A stretch of 64,000 nt of DNA, taken from the NCBI GenBank assembly GCA_964654465.1, contig CAZZIO010000022.1, positions 32,001 through 96,000 on the forward strand, written 5' to 3'. Every line of letters begins with the position of its first letter. Position 1 is the stretch's first letter. The translations under genes and the position numbers were made by a program. Shown piece after piece: positions 29,907 to 40,662 of the stretch. The notes under the pieces were generated by a model. That model searched no databases. It was not told the DNA's origin and saw only the letters and a list, made by a program, of their open reading frames with translations. This stretch comes from an uncultured Dictyoglomota bacterium. GTDB lineage: Bacteria; Dictyoglomota; Dictyoglomia; Dictyoglomales; Dictyoglomaceae.

Positions 29907-30569
29907 TTATTTAATAACCTTTGCTACCAATTCGAATAATTTAGGAGTAATTCTAAAGGCACTCTTCCCTTCTACAATCACAAGGTCATCAATATAAAAA
30001 TCGAGAGAAGTATTTGATGGAGCCTCCACATATAAGCTAAGATCAAGAATAGAAACATTAGCAGGAATCTCATAAGTACCAGAAAGCTCTACCCATTTTC
30101 CATTAGGTACGTTATTTTCATGCTTTATCCAATCATATTGAGTGTTAGAATCGGTATCATATTTTCTCTGCATAGTAAGGCCTAAATACTGACTTGATCC
30201 AGATTTTTGCATTACCCATACAGATATGCTATAAACCTTACCTGGCTTTAATATATCCTTCAACTGAATCTGAGCGCCATGCCATCCTGCACTTCTTCCA
30301 GAGACATATAAACTATACTTACCTGTATGTGCCTCTTTATCGGTTACTAAGATCTTCACATTATCCCCTCTTGCTGTCCATCCTTCTTCTTTGGAACTTT
30401 CAAAAGTTGTGATAATTAAAGCGTTAGGAATATTTGGTACTGAAGCAACCTCTTTCTTAATCTCTTCTAAAATTTGATTTTGTTCTGTGTTAGACATAGG
30501 AGCCTTAGCACAGCCAGCAATAAAAAACAATACTATCAATAAAGAACAGATACTAAAGACCCTTTTCAT
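29907..30569 (-). CDS. Lipoprotein with a single CBM22/CBM4_9-like module and no catalytic domain
   Basis: Lipobox IAGC; FE..GWTARG, AHTGKYSLYVSGR..WHGAQ, WVELSGTY and FYIDD. Confidence 0.82.
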   Translation of the reverse strand: MKRVFSICSLLIVLFFIAGCAKAPMSNTEQNQILEEIKKEVASVPNIPNALIITTFESSKEEGWTARGDNVKILVTDKEAHTGKYSLYVSGRSAGWHGAQIQLKDILKPGKVYSISVWVMQKSGSSQYLGLTMQRKYDTDSNTQYDWIKHENNVPNGKWVELSGTYEIPANVSILDLSLYVEAPSNTSLDFYIDDLVIVEGKSAFRITPKLFELVAKVIK

Positions 30570-30629
30570 ACTCGGTACCTCCCTTGTTTATAAATTTTTA
30601 GAAATGGTGGAAATTGTTTTTCCTCTCTC

Positions 30630-31451
30630 CTACTTTACCATTAAACCATCTATGTAATAGGACAAAGATTGATCTGGCGATTCAACATAAAGTAAAAGTT
30701 CTATTGCATCAGTAGGTACATTATAAGAACCTGAAAGCTCTACCCATGTCTCATTAGGTACATTCTTTTGCCAGACAATAGTATCATAGTTTGTACTTCC
30801 ATCATTATTCGTTCTTTGCATAGTCAAAGTTATTTTTTGCTCTGATCCAGAATTTTGATAAACCCATACCTTTATACTATAAGTATTACCAGGTTGCAAA
30901 TACTGTACTCCATCTTGAGAAAGTAAAGGTATTTGAGCTCCATGCCAATTACTGCTTCTACCAGATACGAATAAAGAATAATTTCCATATTTTGCCACAT
31001 CAGAATTTATATTTATAGATACCCCTGATCCCCTTGGTTGCCAAGATTGAATGGTTTCGTCCTCAAAACTTGTGCTAACAATTGGAACTTCAATTTGAAA
31101 CTCATTCGATATCCTATTACCCTTATCATTATAAGCTTTTATTCTATAAGAATATACACTATTACGGGAAACACTATCATCAATATAAGAGGTCGTGTTA
31201 GGTTCTAATTGCGCTATTGATTCATATTGACCACTACTTGTTTTTCTTTCTACTATAAACCCATCTTCATTATTAGAATTATCCTTCCATACAAGTTTAA
31301 CTCTTACCTCAGTTAATATGGGATCTACTAATTCAGCAATTAAATTAGAAGGTGCTTCAGGTAGTCCCTCTAATGATGTCTTTGGAGTACAGCCCCCAAT
31401 TAGAATAAAGATACAGAATAATAAACAAAGGACCAATAACTTTTTAAACAT
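30630..31451 (-). CDS. Lipoprotein with an FN3 domain and a CBM22/CBM4_9-like module, non-catalytic
   Basis: Lipobox IGGC; PEAPSNL..WKDNSNNEDGFIVER..YSYRIKAYN; CBM motifs as in the neighbouring gene. Confidence 0.82.
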   Translation of the reverse strand: MFKKLLVLCLLFCIFILIGGCTPKTSLEGLPEAPSNLIAELVDPILTEVRVKLVWKDNSNNEDGFIVERKTSSGQYESIAQLEPNTTSYIDDSVSRNSVYSYRIKAYNDKGNRISNEFQIEVPIVSTSFEDETIQSWQPRGSGVSININSDVAKYGNYSLFVSGRSSNWHGAQIPLLSQDGVQYLQPGNTYSIKVWVYQNSGSEQKITLTMQRTNNDGSTNYDTIVWQKNVPNETWVELSGSYNVPTDAIELLLYVESPDQSLSYYIDGLMVK

Positions 31452-31514
31452 TACTTTGCACCTCCCCTTTATTTAAAAAAGTTTGTATAAACGTTTTAGA
31501 AAAATATAAAAAGG

Positions 31515-31542
31515 GGGAGAAGGGATATAATTCCCTTCTCCC
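31515..31542 (-). terminator. Intrinsic terminator after the substrate-binding protein gene
   Basis: GGGAGAAGGGA/TCCCTTCTCCC with a minus-strand U tract. Confidence 0.75.
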
Positions 31543-31550
31543 TCAAAATT

Positions 31551-33467
31551 CTATTGTTTAAAGAAAAATTGTTCTGGGAATGAGTTAAGTTCAGATCTAT
31601 AAGGATCATCCCATAGTATTCCAGATGGGACATTTCTTAAATTGTTCTTTACTATTACAAGCTGAGGCAATCCTCCCACTGTTCCAATAATCCAAATATT
31701 CTTTCTATGTAAAGCTATGATTTGCTTTATTATTGTATCTCTCTTTCTTGCATCCACAGTTCTATTAAATTCATCCCATAGATCATATATTTTTCTAATA
31801 TCTCCAGAAGGTTCTTCTCCTTCTTGTCCTTTAGTCCAATACCATCTGGCATAAAGAGGTGCCCAAGGACCATCTGTCCATGTTCCAAGTAATCTTCCTG
31901 CATTTATAGCCACATTACTCATACGATCCATAACCCAAACACCAATTTCTATATCACCTGAATTACAATTTGTGGTATATAAACTTCTATCAACCTGTTT
32001 AACTATAGTTTTTATACCTATAGCCTCCCAATAGCTCTTAATAAGCTCCATTGTGCTCATATTAGCACTTCCTGGATATGTAGTAAAACTTACTATTAGC
32101 TCAATTGGTTTTCCATCTGGACCTAATCTAAATCCATCTTTCCCAACTTTTAAGCCCATTGCATCTAACAATATTTTAGCTCTCCCAGGATCATATTGAG
32201 CATAAGCTTTTGCCCAAGTCTCATCATAATATGCAGCTCCAGGTGGAATAGCTGCTTGCATTGGTACTCCTAAACCAAAGTAAAGAATCTTATTAATTTC
32301 TTCTCTGTTAATAGCAAGAGATAAAGCTTGTCTAAATCTTACATCTTGGAATAGTTTTCTCTTTACAGGATCTTTTATATTTTGATTTAGATATATAGCA
32401 GGATCTGCCCCTGTACCAGTCCTCCAAACAAGTACCCTGTAATTTCCTTTATCTTTATTTTGCATGAATAAAGTATAATTGGGAAGCCTCATATGTCTTG
32501 CTTGAAAGTCTATCTCTCCAGCTATAGCCTTCATATTTATCATTTCTGCATCACTAACAAGGTAGTGTACTACTCTATCAATATATGGTAATTGGTTCCC
32601 TTCGGTATCTACTACTGGATAATAAGGGTTTCTTTCCATAACGAATACTGGCTCATTAGGACTCTTGCTCACAATCTTCCAAGGTGACATGGTAGGTAAA
32701 TCTGGATTCTGTATATAATCAATCATAAATTGGAATAGCTCATACCATTTATTAAAACCTTTTTGTTTGGCCATAGCCTCCAACTTGTCTTTTGGTGTAT
32801 ATTTAGGATGAAATTGAGAGAGATAATGCTTTGGTGCATAAAAGCTAAAAGATCCTTTTGAATTATCAATAAACCATCCTTGGGTTGGGAAGGTATAAAT
32901 AAACATCGGATTTGGATTTTTAAATTCTATTCTAAAAGTATAATCATCAACCTTAACAAATTTTGCTCTAACCCCATCCTGTACAAAAGCAGATGGGAAT
33001 GTAGGAGTAAGCTCCTCATTACCTATTACATCTTCATACCAGAAAATTACATCATCAGTTGTAAGTGGATGGCCATCTGACCATTTTAATCCTTCTCTTA
33101 ACTTAAAAGTAAATATCCTACCATCCTTAGAAATAGTATATTTCTCTACAAGCCATGGAAGAATCGTCTTACTATCAGAAGCCCATCTCATTAAATTGTT
33201 AGCATCATAGCATATTTTAGCAATACCCCATCTATCACCAGGTCCTGTCCAAGCTCTTCTTAGAGTACCTCCATATCTACCAACTTCTTCAAGAGGTTTT
33301 ACAACAATTGGATTTTTTGGTAATCTTTGCTCTACTGGTGGAAGTTTTCCTTCTTTTACAAGAGCCGAAAGCATAGGTGATTCATTGTATTTCTTTTGTC
33401 CTACAATAGTATTTCCGAAGATTAACAAGAATATTAACAAGAGAGATAATATTTTTATGGATCTCAT
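31551..33467 (-). CDS. Opp/Dpp-family (family 5) substrate-binding protein, probably for oligosaccharides
   Basis: ESPML..GKLPPVEQRLP..P, LKWSDGHP..DDV and GNQLPYID motifs. Confidence 0.9.
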   Translation of the reverse strand: MRSIKILSLLLIFLLIFGNTIVGQKKYNESPMLSALVKEGKLPPVEQRLPKNPIVVKPLEEVGRYGGTLRRAWTGPGDRWGIAKICYDANNLMRWASDSKTILPWLVEKYTISKDGRIFTFKLREGLKWSDGHPLTTDDVIFWYEDVIGNEELTPTFPSAFVQDGVRAKFVKVDDYTFRIEFKNPNPMFIYTFPTQGWFIDNSKGSFSFYAPKHYLSQFHPKYTPKDKLEAMAKQKGFNKWYELFQFMIDYIQNPDLPTMSPWKIVSKSPNEPVFVMERNPYYPVVDTEGNQLPYIDRVVHYLVSDAEMINMKAIAGEIDFQARHMRLPNYTLFMQNKDKGNYRVLVWRTGTGADPAIYLNQNIKDPVKRKLFQDVRFRQALSLAINREEINKILYFGLGVPMQAAIPPGAAYYDETWAKAYAQYDPGRAKILLDAMGLKVGKDGFRLGPDGKPIELIVSFTTYPGSANMSTMELIKSYWEAIGIKTIVKQVDRSLYTTNCNSGDIEIGVWVMDRMSNVAINAGRLLGTWTDGPWAPLYARWYWTKGQEGEEPSGDIRKIYDLWDEFNRTVDARKRDTIIKQIIALHRKNIWIIGTVGGLPQLVIVKNNLRNVPSGILWDDPYRSELNSFPEQFFFKQ

Positions 33468-33485
33468 CTTTTAACCCCCTCTCAT

Positions 33486-34496
33486 CTATACAATTGGAAT
33501 ACCCTTCAAGTCAAGTTCTTTAGCAAAATGACAAGCCACGTAATGTTCATTACCTATATCAATTAAATCTGGCATCACCTCCTTACATATTTCCTTAGCA
33601 TAATTACACCTTGGATGAAAATAACATCCAGAAGGAGGGTTTGAAGCATCAGGTACTTCTCCCTTTAATAAAATTCTACGAGTTCGCATCTTCGGATCAG
33701 GTTTCGGAACAGCAGAAAGTAAAGCTTCTGTATATGGATGTCTTGGTTTTTCAAAGATTTCCTCTGTCCTTGCCAATTCTACAATCTTACCTACATACAT
33801 AACAGCCACCCTATCACAAATATGTTCTACTACTCCTAAATCATGAGATATAAAAAGATAGGTTAAATGAAATTCTTCTTGTAAATCTTTAAGAAGATTC
33901 AACACTTGGGCCTGAATTGAAACATCAAGAGCAGAAACTGGTTCATCACAAACCACTAATTTAGGATTAAGAGCCAAAGCCCTTGCAATACTTATTCTTT
34001 GTCTCTGTCCACCAGAAAAAGCATGAGGATATCTTCTCATATATTCAGGTCTTAATCCAACTTTCCTCATTAAATCTGCTACCCGTTCCTCTAACTCCTT
34101 ACCCTTTGCAATCCCATTTACAAGAAGCGGCTCTCCAATAATCTCTTTAACAGTCATTCTTGGGTTCAAAGATCTAAAAGGATCCTGAAAGACCATCTGC
34201 ATATATTTTCTAACTTTATTTAATTCATTATTGGGTAGCTTAGCCACATTAATAGATATTCCATCAACATGAAGAATAACATCTCCTCCTGTTGGGTCAT
34301 ATGCCCTCAATATTACTTTACCAGTCGTAGTTTTTCCACAACCAGACTCACCAACAAGCCCTAAGGTTTCTCCCTCCCTTACAAAAAAGCTAATATCATC
34401 TACAGCTTTAACCGTTGCAATCTGTTTTTTAAAGAAGCCTTTTGTCACAGGAAAATATTTCTTCAAATTTTTTACTTCCAAAAGGATACCATTCAT
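33486..34496 (-). CDS. Opp-type ABC ATPase (OppF-like)
   Basis: [21 protein letters not shown] and the C-terminal GC.FHPRC. Confidence 0.92.
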   Translation of the reverse strand: MNGILLEVKNLKKYFPVTKGFFKKQIATVKAVDDISFFVREGETLGLVGESGCGKTTTGKVILRAYDPTGGDVILHVDGISINVAKLPNNELNKVRKYMQMVFQDPFRSLNPRMTVKEIIGEPLLVNGIAKGKELEERVADLMRKVGLRPEYMRRYPHAFSGGQRQRISIARALALNPKLVVCDEPVSALDVSIQAQVLNLLKDLQEEFHLTYLFISHDLGVVEHICDRVAVMYVGKIVELARTEEIFEKPRHPYTEALLSAVPKPDPKMRTRRILLKGEVPDASNPPSGCYFHPRCNYAKEICKEVMPDLIDIGNEHYVACHFAKELDLKGIPIV

Positions 34497-35494
34497 GACT
34501 TTTCTACCTCTCCATAAAGTAAACAGCTCACTTTATGTCCTGGTTTTACTTCTTTTAATTCTGGAACTCTTACATTACATAAACCATTTACAAATTGTGG
34601 ACATCTTGGATGAAATGTACAACCAGTTGGCATATTGTAAGGATCAGGAACAATTCCTTTTATAGCTTTTAATCTTCCCCTAACTTTCTTTCCTATTTTA
34701 GGAATAGATTCCAATAAGGCTTTCGTGTAAGGATGTAAGGGGTCATAGAATATATCTTCCACCGAACCACTCTCCACTATCTTTCCAAGATACATTACTA
34801 TAACCTCTTCTGCCATTTCTGCTATAACTCCTAAGTTATGGGTTATCATCATAACTGCCATGCCAAATTGTTTCTGTAATTCCTTCATAAGCTCTAATAT
34901 TTGAGCTTGAATTGTCACATCTAAGTTAGTTGTAGGTTCATCCGCTATCAATAATCTTGGTCTACAAGATAAAGCCATAGCAATCATTGCCCTTTGTAAC
35001 ATTCCACCACTGAATTGATGAGGATATTCATCTATTCTCAATTCTGGTCTTGGAATTCCTGCAATCCTCATTAACTCAATTGCTGCTTCTCTCGCAGACT
35101 TTTTGTCAAGCTTTTGATGTAACATAATAGCCTCTATAATCTGTTCCCCCACAGTATGTACAGGAGAAAAAGAGGCTCCAGGTTCTTGGAATATCATAGC
35201 AATCTCTTTCCCTCTTATACTTCTAATTTCGTTCCCCTTAGGATCTAACTTTACCAGATCAATAATTTCTCCATCTCTATATAAAAAGATTTCTCCTTGA
35301 ATTTTACTTCTTGGACCAGTTAACTTTAATATGGAAAGGGCGGTAACGCTTTTACCACAACCCGATTCTCCAACAATCCCAAGAGTTTTTCCTTGCTTAA
35401 TATCAAAGCTAATTCCATCAACTGCCTTTACCACTCCCTCTTCTAACACAAAATACGTTCTTAAATCTTTTACTTCCAATAATTTATCCATCAT
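34493..35494 (-). CDS. Opp-type ABC ATPase (OppD-like)
   Basis: [16 protein letters not shown] and HPYT motifs. Confidence 0.92.
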   Translation of the reverse strand: MMDKLLEVKDLRTYFVLEEGVVKAVDGISFDIKQGKTLGIVGESGCGKSVTALSILKLTGPRSKIQGEIFLYRDGEIIDLVKLDPKGNEIRSIRGKEIAMIFQEPGASFSPVHTVGEQIIEAIMLHQKLDKKSAREAAIELMRIAGIPRPELRIDEYPHQFSGGMLQRAMIAMALSCRPRLLIADEPTTNLDVTIQAQILELMKELQKQFGMAVMMITHNLGVIAEMAEEVIVMYLGKIVESGSVEDIFYDPLHPYTKALLESIPKIGKKVRGRLKAIKGIVPDPYNMPTGCTFHPRCPQFVNGLCNVRVPELKEVKPGHKVSCLLYGEVEKS

Positions 35495-35504
35495 TTATTC
35501 CTCC

Positions 35505-36644
35505 TTATCTCGCATAAGGATCTGCCGCATCCCTCAAACCATCTCCTACAAAATTAAAAGAAAGAACAACTAATATTACAAACAAAACAGGAAGGAGTAA
35601 CCAAGGAGCCAATGCCACAGTTCTAAAGTTTTGAGCATCCTGTATTAAAACCCCCCAACTAAGAGCAGGTGGTCTTATACCTAAGCCCAAGAAACTAAGA
35701 GATGTCTCTCCAATAATCATGCTAGGTATTGACAGGGTTAAAGAAGCTATAATATGGCTTAAGAAAGATGGTAATAAGTGTCTAAATATAACTCTTCTTT
35801 CACTGGCTCCAGCTAATTTTGCAGCTGTAACAAAATCTTCCTCTCTTAAAGACAAAAACTTACTTCTTACCTCACGAGCAAGACCCGTCCAACCAATAAA
35901 AGAAAGTATTATGGATATTGCAAAATAAACCTTTACAGGAGACCAATTAGCAGGTACAGCTGCGGAAAGTGCCATCCATAGAGGTAATGTTGGTATACTT
36001 CTTAAAATTTCTATAACTCTTTGAATAAGCAAGTCAAAAGGACCACCAAAATATCCTGAAATACCCCCAATCACTATTCCAAAAATAAAACTTAAAAAAA
36101 TACCTACAAGACCCACAGTGGTAGAAATTCTCGTACCATATATTACCCTAGAAAATACATCTCTGCCTAAGCTATCAGTACCAAATAAAAATATGTGTCC
36201 ATCTCCCTCTACTCCAAATAGATGAATATTACTTTTAAATAAACCTAATACTTTATACTCATGGCCCCTAACAAAAAATTTAATAGGATACTTTTTGGAT
36301 TTATCTTCTGTATAGATCCTTTTTAAGGTATTAGGATCAACCTCCATTTTATATGCATATACAAAAGGCCTCAAATGAAAGCCAGTTTCATCAATAAAAT
36401 GAATTTTTTGAGGTGGTGCAAGTACATAACGAACATCGTATTTGTAGGGATCACTTGGAGCAAAAAATTCACAAAAGACTGCAATTATATAAAAGATTAT
36501 TAATATTATACCTCCTAAAATAGCCAATTTGTTTCTTTTGAATCTCCACCACATAAGTTTCCATTGAGAAGCCACATAAATTTTTTCCTCCTTCTCTATA
36601 TAACTTTCTTCTATTATTTCTTCTCTCTTTTCCATCTTTGACAT
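35505..36644 (-). CDS. Opp-type ABC permease (OppC-like)
   Basis: GTDSLGRD, EAA loop and GDGLRDAADP; start adjusted to the SD-supported ATG. Confidence 0.9.
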   Translation of the reverse strand: MSKMEKREEIIEESYIEKEEKIYVASQWKLMWWRFKRNKLAILGGIILIIFYIIAVFCEFFAPSDPYKYDVRYVLAPPQKIHFIDETGFHLRPFVYAYKMEVDPNTLKRIYTEDKSKKYPIKFFVRGHEYKVLGLFKSNIHLFGVEGDGHIFLFGTDSLGRDVFSRVIYGTRISTTVGLVGIFLSFIFGIVIGGISGYFGGPFDLLIQRVIEILRSIPTLPLWMALSAAVPANWSPVKVYFAISIILSFIGWTGLAREVRSKFLSLREEDFVTAAKLAGASERRVIFRHLLPSFLSHIIASLTLSIPSMIIGETSLSFLGLGIRPPALSWGVLIQDAQNFRTVALAPWLLLPVLFVILVVLSFNFVGDGLRDAADPYAR

Positions 36645-36654
36645 ATTATCCCTC

Positions 36655-37638
36655 CTATTCATACCTTACCCTTGGATCTACCCATGCAAGAAGAATATCT
36701 GAGATCAATGTACCCAATAAGGTTAAACAACTTAACATAAGGAGGAATGCACCAGCTAAATACATATCCTGATTTCTTAAAGATTCTAAGAGCAAAGGTC
36801 CTGATGTAGGTAAATTTAATACGATAGCTGTAATCTCAGCTCCTGAAACCAAAAACGGAAGTGACCAACCAACAGTACTTATAAAAGGAATTAAAGCTAT
36901 TCTAAGAGGATATTTAAATACTACTTTCCATTCTTGAAGTCCTTTTGCTCTTGCTGTTAATACATATGGCTTATTCAATTCATCTAAAAGATTAGCTCTT
37001 AGAGTTCTTATCATTCCTGCTGTGTTTGCAAGTCCAATAATCACTACTGGAACCCATATATGTTTCAACATATCTAAAAATTTTGCTAAACTCCAAGGAG
37101 CTTCTAAATATTCAGGAGAAAAAAGTCCTGTAAGATTTTGTCCAAAATAAGCATAAGCTACCCATAGCAATATTAAAGCAACCATAAAAGCAGGTACAGA
37201 AAGACCAATATATCCTAAAAAGGTAAATAAATAATCTCCAAAAGAGTATTGGTGAGTGGCAGAGTAGGTACCAATTAAAAATCCTACAACCCATATAAAG
37301 ATAAGTGTAAATAAAGAAATAACGAAGGTTATTGCAAGCCTTTCTCCTATGAGTTCACTTACTGGTCTATTATATAAAAGAGATCTACCAAAATCCCCAT
37401 GTAACACATTCCATATCCATAATAAATATTGCTCCCATATGGGTTTATCAAGACCATATTGTTTTTTTAAAGCTTCAATTGTTTCAAGATTTACAGACTC
37501 ACCACTTGTAGCAAGTTGAGCTATATAAGAAGTAAGAAAATCCCCTGGAGGAAGTTGTATCACTATAAAAACAATTATAGATATAAAGAACAAAGTTAAT
37601 ATCATATATAGAAGTCTTTTGATGATATATTCTTTCAC
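36655..37638 (-). CDS. Opp-type ABC permease (OppB-like)
   Basis: PPGD, GDFGRS, TARAKGL and DPRVR motifs. Confidence 0.9.
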   Translation of the reverse strand: MKEYIIKRLLYMILTLFFISIIVFIVIQLPPGDFLTSYIAQLATSGESVNLETIEALKKQYGLDKPIWEQYLLWIWNVLHGDFGRSLLYNRPVSELIGERLAITFVISLFTLIFIWVVGFLIGTYSATHQYSFGDYLFTFLGYIGLSVPAFMVALILLWVAYAYFGQNLTGLFSPEYLEAPWSLAKFLDMLKHIWVPVVIIGLANTAGMIRTLRANLLDELNKPYVLTARAKGLQEWKVVFKYPLRIALIPFISTVGWSLPFLVSGAEITAIVLNLPTSGPLLLESLRNQDMYLAGAFLLMLSCLTLLGTLISDILLAWVDPRVRYE

Positions 37639-37708
37639 TTCTTTTCCCCCTTTAATCTATTCCAAGGATAATTTTTGATCCCCTTAAAAATTATTATCCA
37701 CTTTATAA

Positions 37709-37731
37709 GAAAACGCTTTGCAATCGTTTGC
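37709..37731. promoter_or_regulatory. Tandem LacI-type operators at the predicted start of the ABC operon transcript
   Basis: GAAAACGCTTTGC and GCAATCGTTTGC, directly after minus-strand TTGACA-17-TATATT (37764-37736). Confidence 0.7.
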
Positions 37732-37902
37732 TTATAATATAAATTAAATTTTATTTTATGTCAATATTAAAGAAAGGTTTCATAAAAAAACTAATAAATG
37801 GTTCCAGTTTTATATTTCTTCTTGAAAGAATTCTTAAAAAAATTTAGAATAAAACAAACTGATTACAAAAAAATAAAAAATTTAAAGGAGAGAAGGAAGC
37901 AT

Positions 37903-38937
37903 ATGAGAAGACAAGAAAAAAAATCTCCAACAATGAAAGATGTGGCTAAATTAGCGGGAGTTTCCATTAGTACTGTTTCTCATGTGATAAATAAAACAAG
38001 ATATGTAGAAAAAGAAACAAGAGAAAGAGTATATGAAGCTATAAAAACCTTAGGATATAGACCTAACATTTTAGCTAGTAGTTTACGAAAAAAAATAACT
38101 AATACCATAGGATTAATAATATCTAATATTACAAACCTATTCTATCCAGAGGTTGTTAGGGGCGTAGAGGATTATCTCACAAAATTTAACTATAATCTAA
38201 TATTATGTAACTCTGATGAAGATGTAGAAAAGGAAAAAAACTATATAGAAGTGCTATTTAGTAGAAGAGTAGATGGATTAATAATTACTCCAAGTAAAAG
38301 TAGTGAAACAAGAGAAAATCTGGATTTATTTAGGGAAAAAAATATACCAATTGTTTTAGTAGATAGGAAAATAGAAGGATTAGATGAAGATGTGGTTTTA
38401 GTAGATAATGTGAAAGGTACTTATGATGCTATAAATTATTTAATAAGTTTAGGACATAAGAGAATTGGTATAATTACAGGACCATTAGACACTACAACAG
38501 GGTATGAAAGATTGGAGGGATATCTTAAAGCTTTAGAAGATAATAATATTAAAAAAGATAACAATTTAATTTATGAAGGAGACTTTAAAGAAAAGGGAGG
38601 TTATGAAGGAACAAGCTATCTTTTAAACTTAAAAAATCCACCAACAGCTATTTTCTCAAGTAATAACTTAATGGTGTTAGGATCACTAAAAAGGATTACT
38701 GAAATAGGAGTAAAAATTCCTTCTGATCTATCATTAATATCTTTTGATGATATGGAATGGTTCCCATATTTTTCACCCCCCCTAACAGCTGTATATCAAC
38801 CAGCATATGAACTTGGTGAAACAGCTGTAAAACTTTTATTTGAAAGGCTTAAAAGAGGCAGAAAAAAGAAAAAAGAGGTTATACTACCCACCAAATTAGT
38901 AATAAGAGAATCATGTGCTCCCCCTAAAAAAATATGA
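37903..38937 (+). CDS. LacI-family transcriptional regulator
   Basis: TMKDVAKLAGVSISTVSHVIN, LGYRPN, SFDD and RESC; start adjusted to the SD-supported ATG. Confidence 0.95.
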   Translation: MRRQEKKSPTMKDVAKLAGVSISTVSHVINKTRYVEKETRERVYEAIKTLGYRPNILASSLRKKITNTIGLIISNITNLFYPEVVRGVEDYLTKFNYNLILCNSDEDVEKEKNYIEVLFSRRVDGLIITPSKSSETRENLDLFREKNIPIVLVDRKIEGLDEDVVLVDNVKGTYDAINYLISLGHKRIGIITGPLDTTTGYERLEGYLKALEDNNIKKDNNLIYEGDFKEKGGYEGTSYLLNLKNPPTAIFSSNNLMVLGSLKRITEIGVKIPSDLSLISFDDMEWFPYFSPPLTAVYQPAYELGETAVKLLFERLKRGRKKKKEVILPTKLVIRESCAPPKKI

Positions 38938-39437
38938 TTAAAATATATAATGCTTATTTAGATATTGAAACCACAGGGCTAAATCCTGCATCATCTTATA
39001 TTACAGTTGTAGGTATACTTTTGGAAAACGATTATGAAGAATATTTTCACCAACTAATAGGTCCTGAAATAACAGCTTATAATATCATAATTTTATTGGA
39101 AAAAGCTCATACATTGTATACTTATAATGGATCTCGTTTTGATTTACCTTTCATAAAGGAAAAATTAGGTCTTGATCTTGAAGAACATATATACCATCAG
39201 GATTTAATGTATTCATGCTGGAAAAGGGGTTTATACGGAGGCTTAAAAAGAATTGAGGAAAAATTAGGTATCACAAGAAAATTAAAAAATATAGATGGTA
39301 AGATGGCTGTAATCTTATGGAATCATTATATAGAATATGGAGACATCTACGCTTTAAGATTATTATTAGAATACAATCGTGAAGATGTGATAAACCTTAA
39401 AATATTGAAGGAAAAATTACTACCATTAAATTTGTAA
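38934..39437 (+). CDS. RNase H-like (YprB-type) exonuclease domain protein
   Basis: DIETTGL, TYNGSRFDLPF and YNREDV motifs. Confidence 0.85.
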   Translation: MIKIYNAYLDIETTGLNPASSYITVVGILLENDYEEYFHQLIGPEITAYNIIILLEKAHTLYTYNGSRFDLPFIKEKLGLDLEEHIYHQDLMYSCWKRGLYGGLKRIEEKLGITRKLKNIDGKMAVILWNHYIEYGDIYALRLLLEYNREDVINLKILKEKLLPLNL

Positions 39438-40409
39438 TTTCCAACACTGGAAATCCTCAGCATATATATCATCAAAAAAGGAATAAGTCAAGGCCCTACA
39501 ACCTATACAATCAGCCTCAGAACATAAACGGCACTTTCCCTTTAATTTATTTCTACTAAAATTATCCCTAAATTTTACAATCTTTTCATAAATTATACTG
39601 AAATCATCATATAAAGCATTTCCCAAAATCAAAGGTAATCTCCTACAAGGGTAAATGTCTCCATTCGGCATAATAGCACATGACTCTCCTAAATTGCACA
39701 AGGCTCCCCAGATAGTATTTTTCTCAAAATCAACATAAAAAGCTTTATAGGGTAAGAGATCTTCAACTTCACCATCACTCCAAAATGAAATTCTTTCTAC
39801 TACATCATACCATTCCTTATAAGAAAGAACCATTTCTTTAATCTTATTTCCTTCGCCTAACGGAATAAATCTTTCAAGTATAAAGCCCTTTGCTCCTACT
39901 TTTTCTGCAAGCCTGTACATCAGATCCAATTCTTTGTAATTATATTTTGCTAGAGTGAACATTAACAGAAAAGGATATGAGATATTTTCAAGATTACTTA
40001 TAACTCTTTTAAAAACCCCTTCTCCTCTTATAAGGTCATTAGTTTTTTCTGTCGCTCCTTCCAAAGAAACTTTTAAGTATTTTAATCTTTTAAACTTTTT
40101 AAGATGATTTTCATCCTTAAAATTTACACCATTAGTTATTATATTAACATCCTTAATTACCTGAATCTTTTCAATTTCTTCTAAAAGAGGAATTAAATGG
40201 GGGAATAAAAAAGGTTCACCACCCGTTAAATTGATGCTAACAGTCTCAAAGTTTTGCTTCTCAAAGTAATTCACCAAATTATAAAGGATCTTTTTAATAT
40301 CATCAAAAGACTTATCTTTTCTATTATCATAACTATCTTGATAACAATGCTTACATCTAAGATTACAAAGATCTGTTAAATGCCATTGGAAAGAAAATTC
40401 TTTACCCAT
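39426..40409 (-). CDS. Radical SAM/SPASM-domain protein
   Basis: CNLRCKHCY, GGEP and a Cys-rich C-terminal SPASM region. Confidence 0.88.
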   Translation of the reverse strand: MGKEFSFQWHLTDLCNLRCKHCYQDSYDNRKDKSFDDIKKILYNLVNYFEKQNFETVSINLTGGEPFLFPHLIPLLEEIEKIQVIKDVNIITNGVNFKDENHLKKFKRLKYLKVSLEGATEKTNDLIRGEGVFKRVISNLENISYPFLLMFTLAKYNYKELDLMYRLAEKVGAKGFILERFIPLGEGNKIKEMVLSYKEWYDVVERISFWSDGEVEDLLPYKAFYVDFEKNTIWGALCNLGESCAIMPNGDIYPCRRLPLILGNALYDDFSIIYEKIVKFRDNFSRNKLKGKCRLCSEADCIGCRALTYSFFDDIYAEDFQCWKLQI

Positions 40410-40460
40410 AAATAAATCTCTATATTTTGATATAATATGTATAAAAGGAGGTGATTTCTG

Positions 40461-40655
40461 ATGGCTGAATGTAAAATACAGAATAATTTAAATAAATGTA
40501 ATTGTACTTACGAGCCTTGCCCAAGAAAAGGTATTTGTTGTGAGTGTTTAGCATATCACAGAAGTCATGGAGAGCTTCCAGCATGTTATTTTCCTCCCGA
40601 AGTAGAAAGAACTTATGACAGATCTATAAGAAGATTCATTTCTTTGTATAAATAG
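40461..40655 (+). CDS. Small Cys-rich protein (DUF6485-like)
   Basis: Strong SD (AAGGAGGTGA); CNCTY.PC.RKG.CCEC..YH...ELPAC.F...E.TYDRS pattern. Confidence 0.8.
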   Translation: MAECKIQNNLNKCNCTYEPCPRKGICCECLAYHRSHGELPACYFPPEVERTYDRSIRRFISLYK

Positions 40656-40662
40656 GGAGGAT

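Noticed and set aside
38934-39437. Exonuclease as a defence or Cas component
   Set aside because: Stand-alone YprB-like protein with no cas genes or repeats nearby
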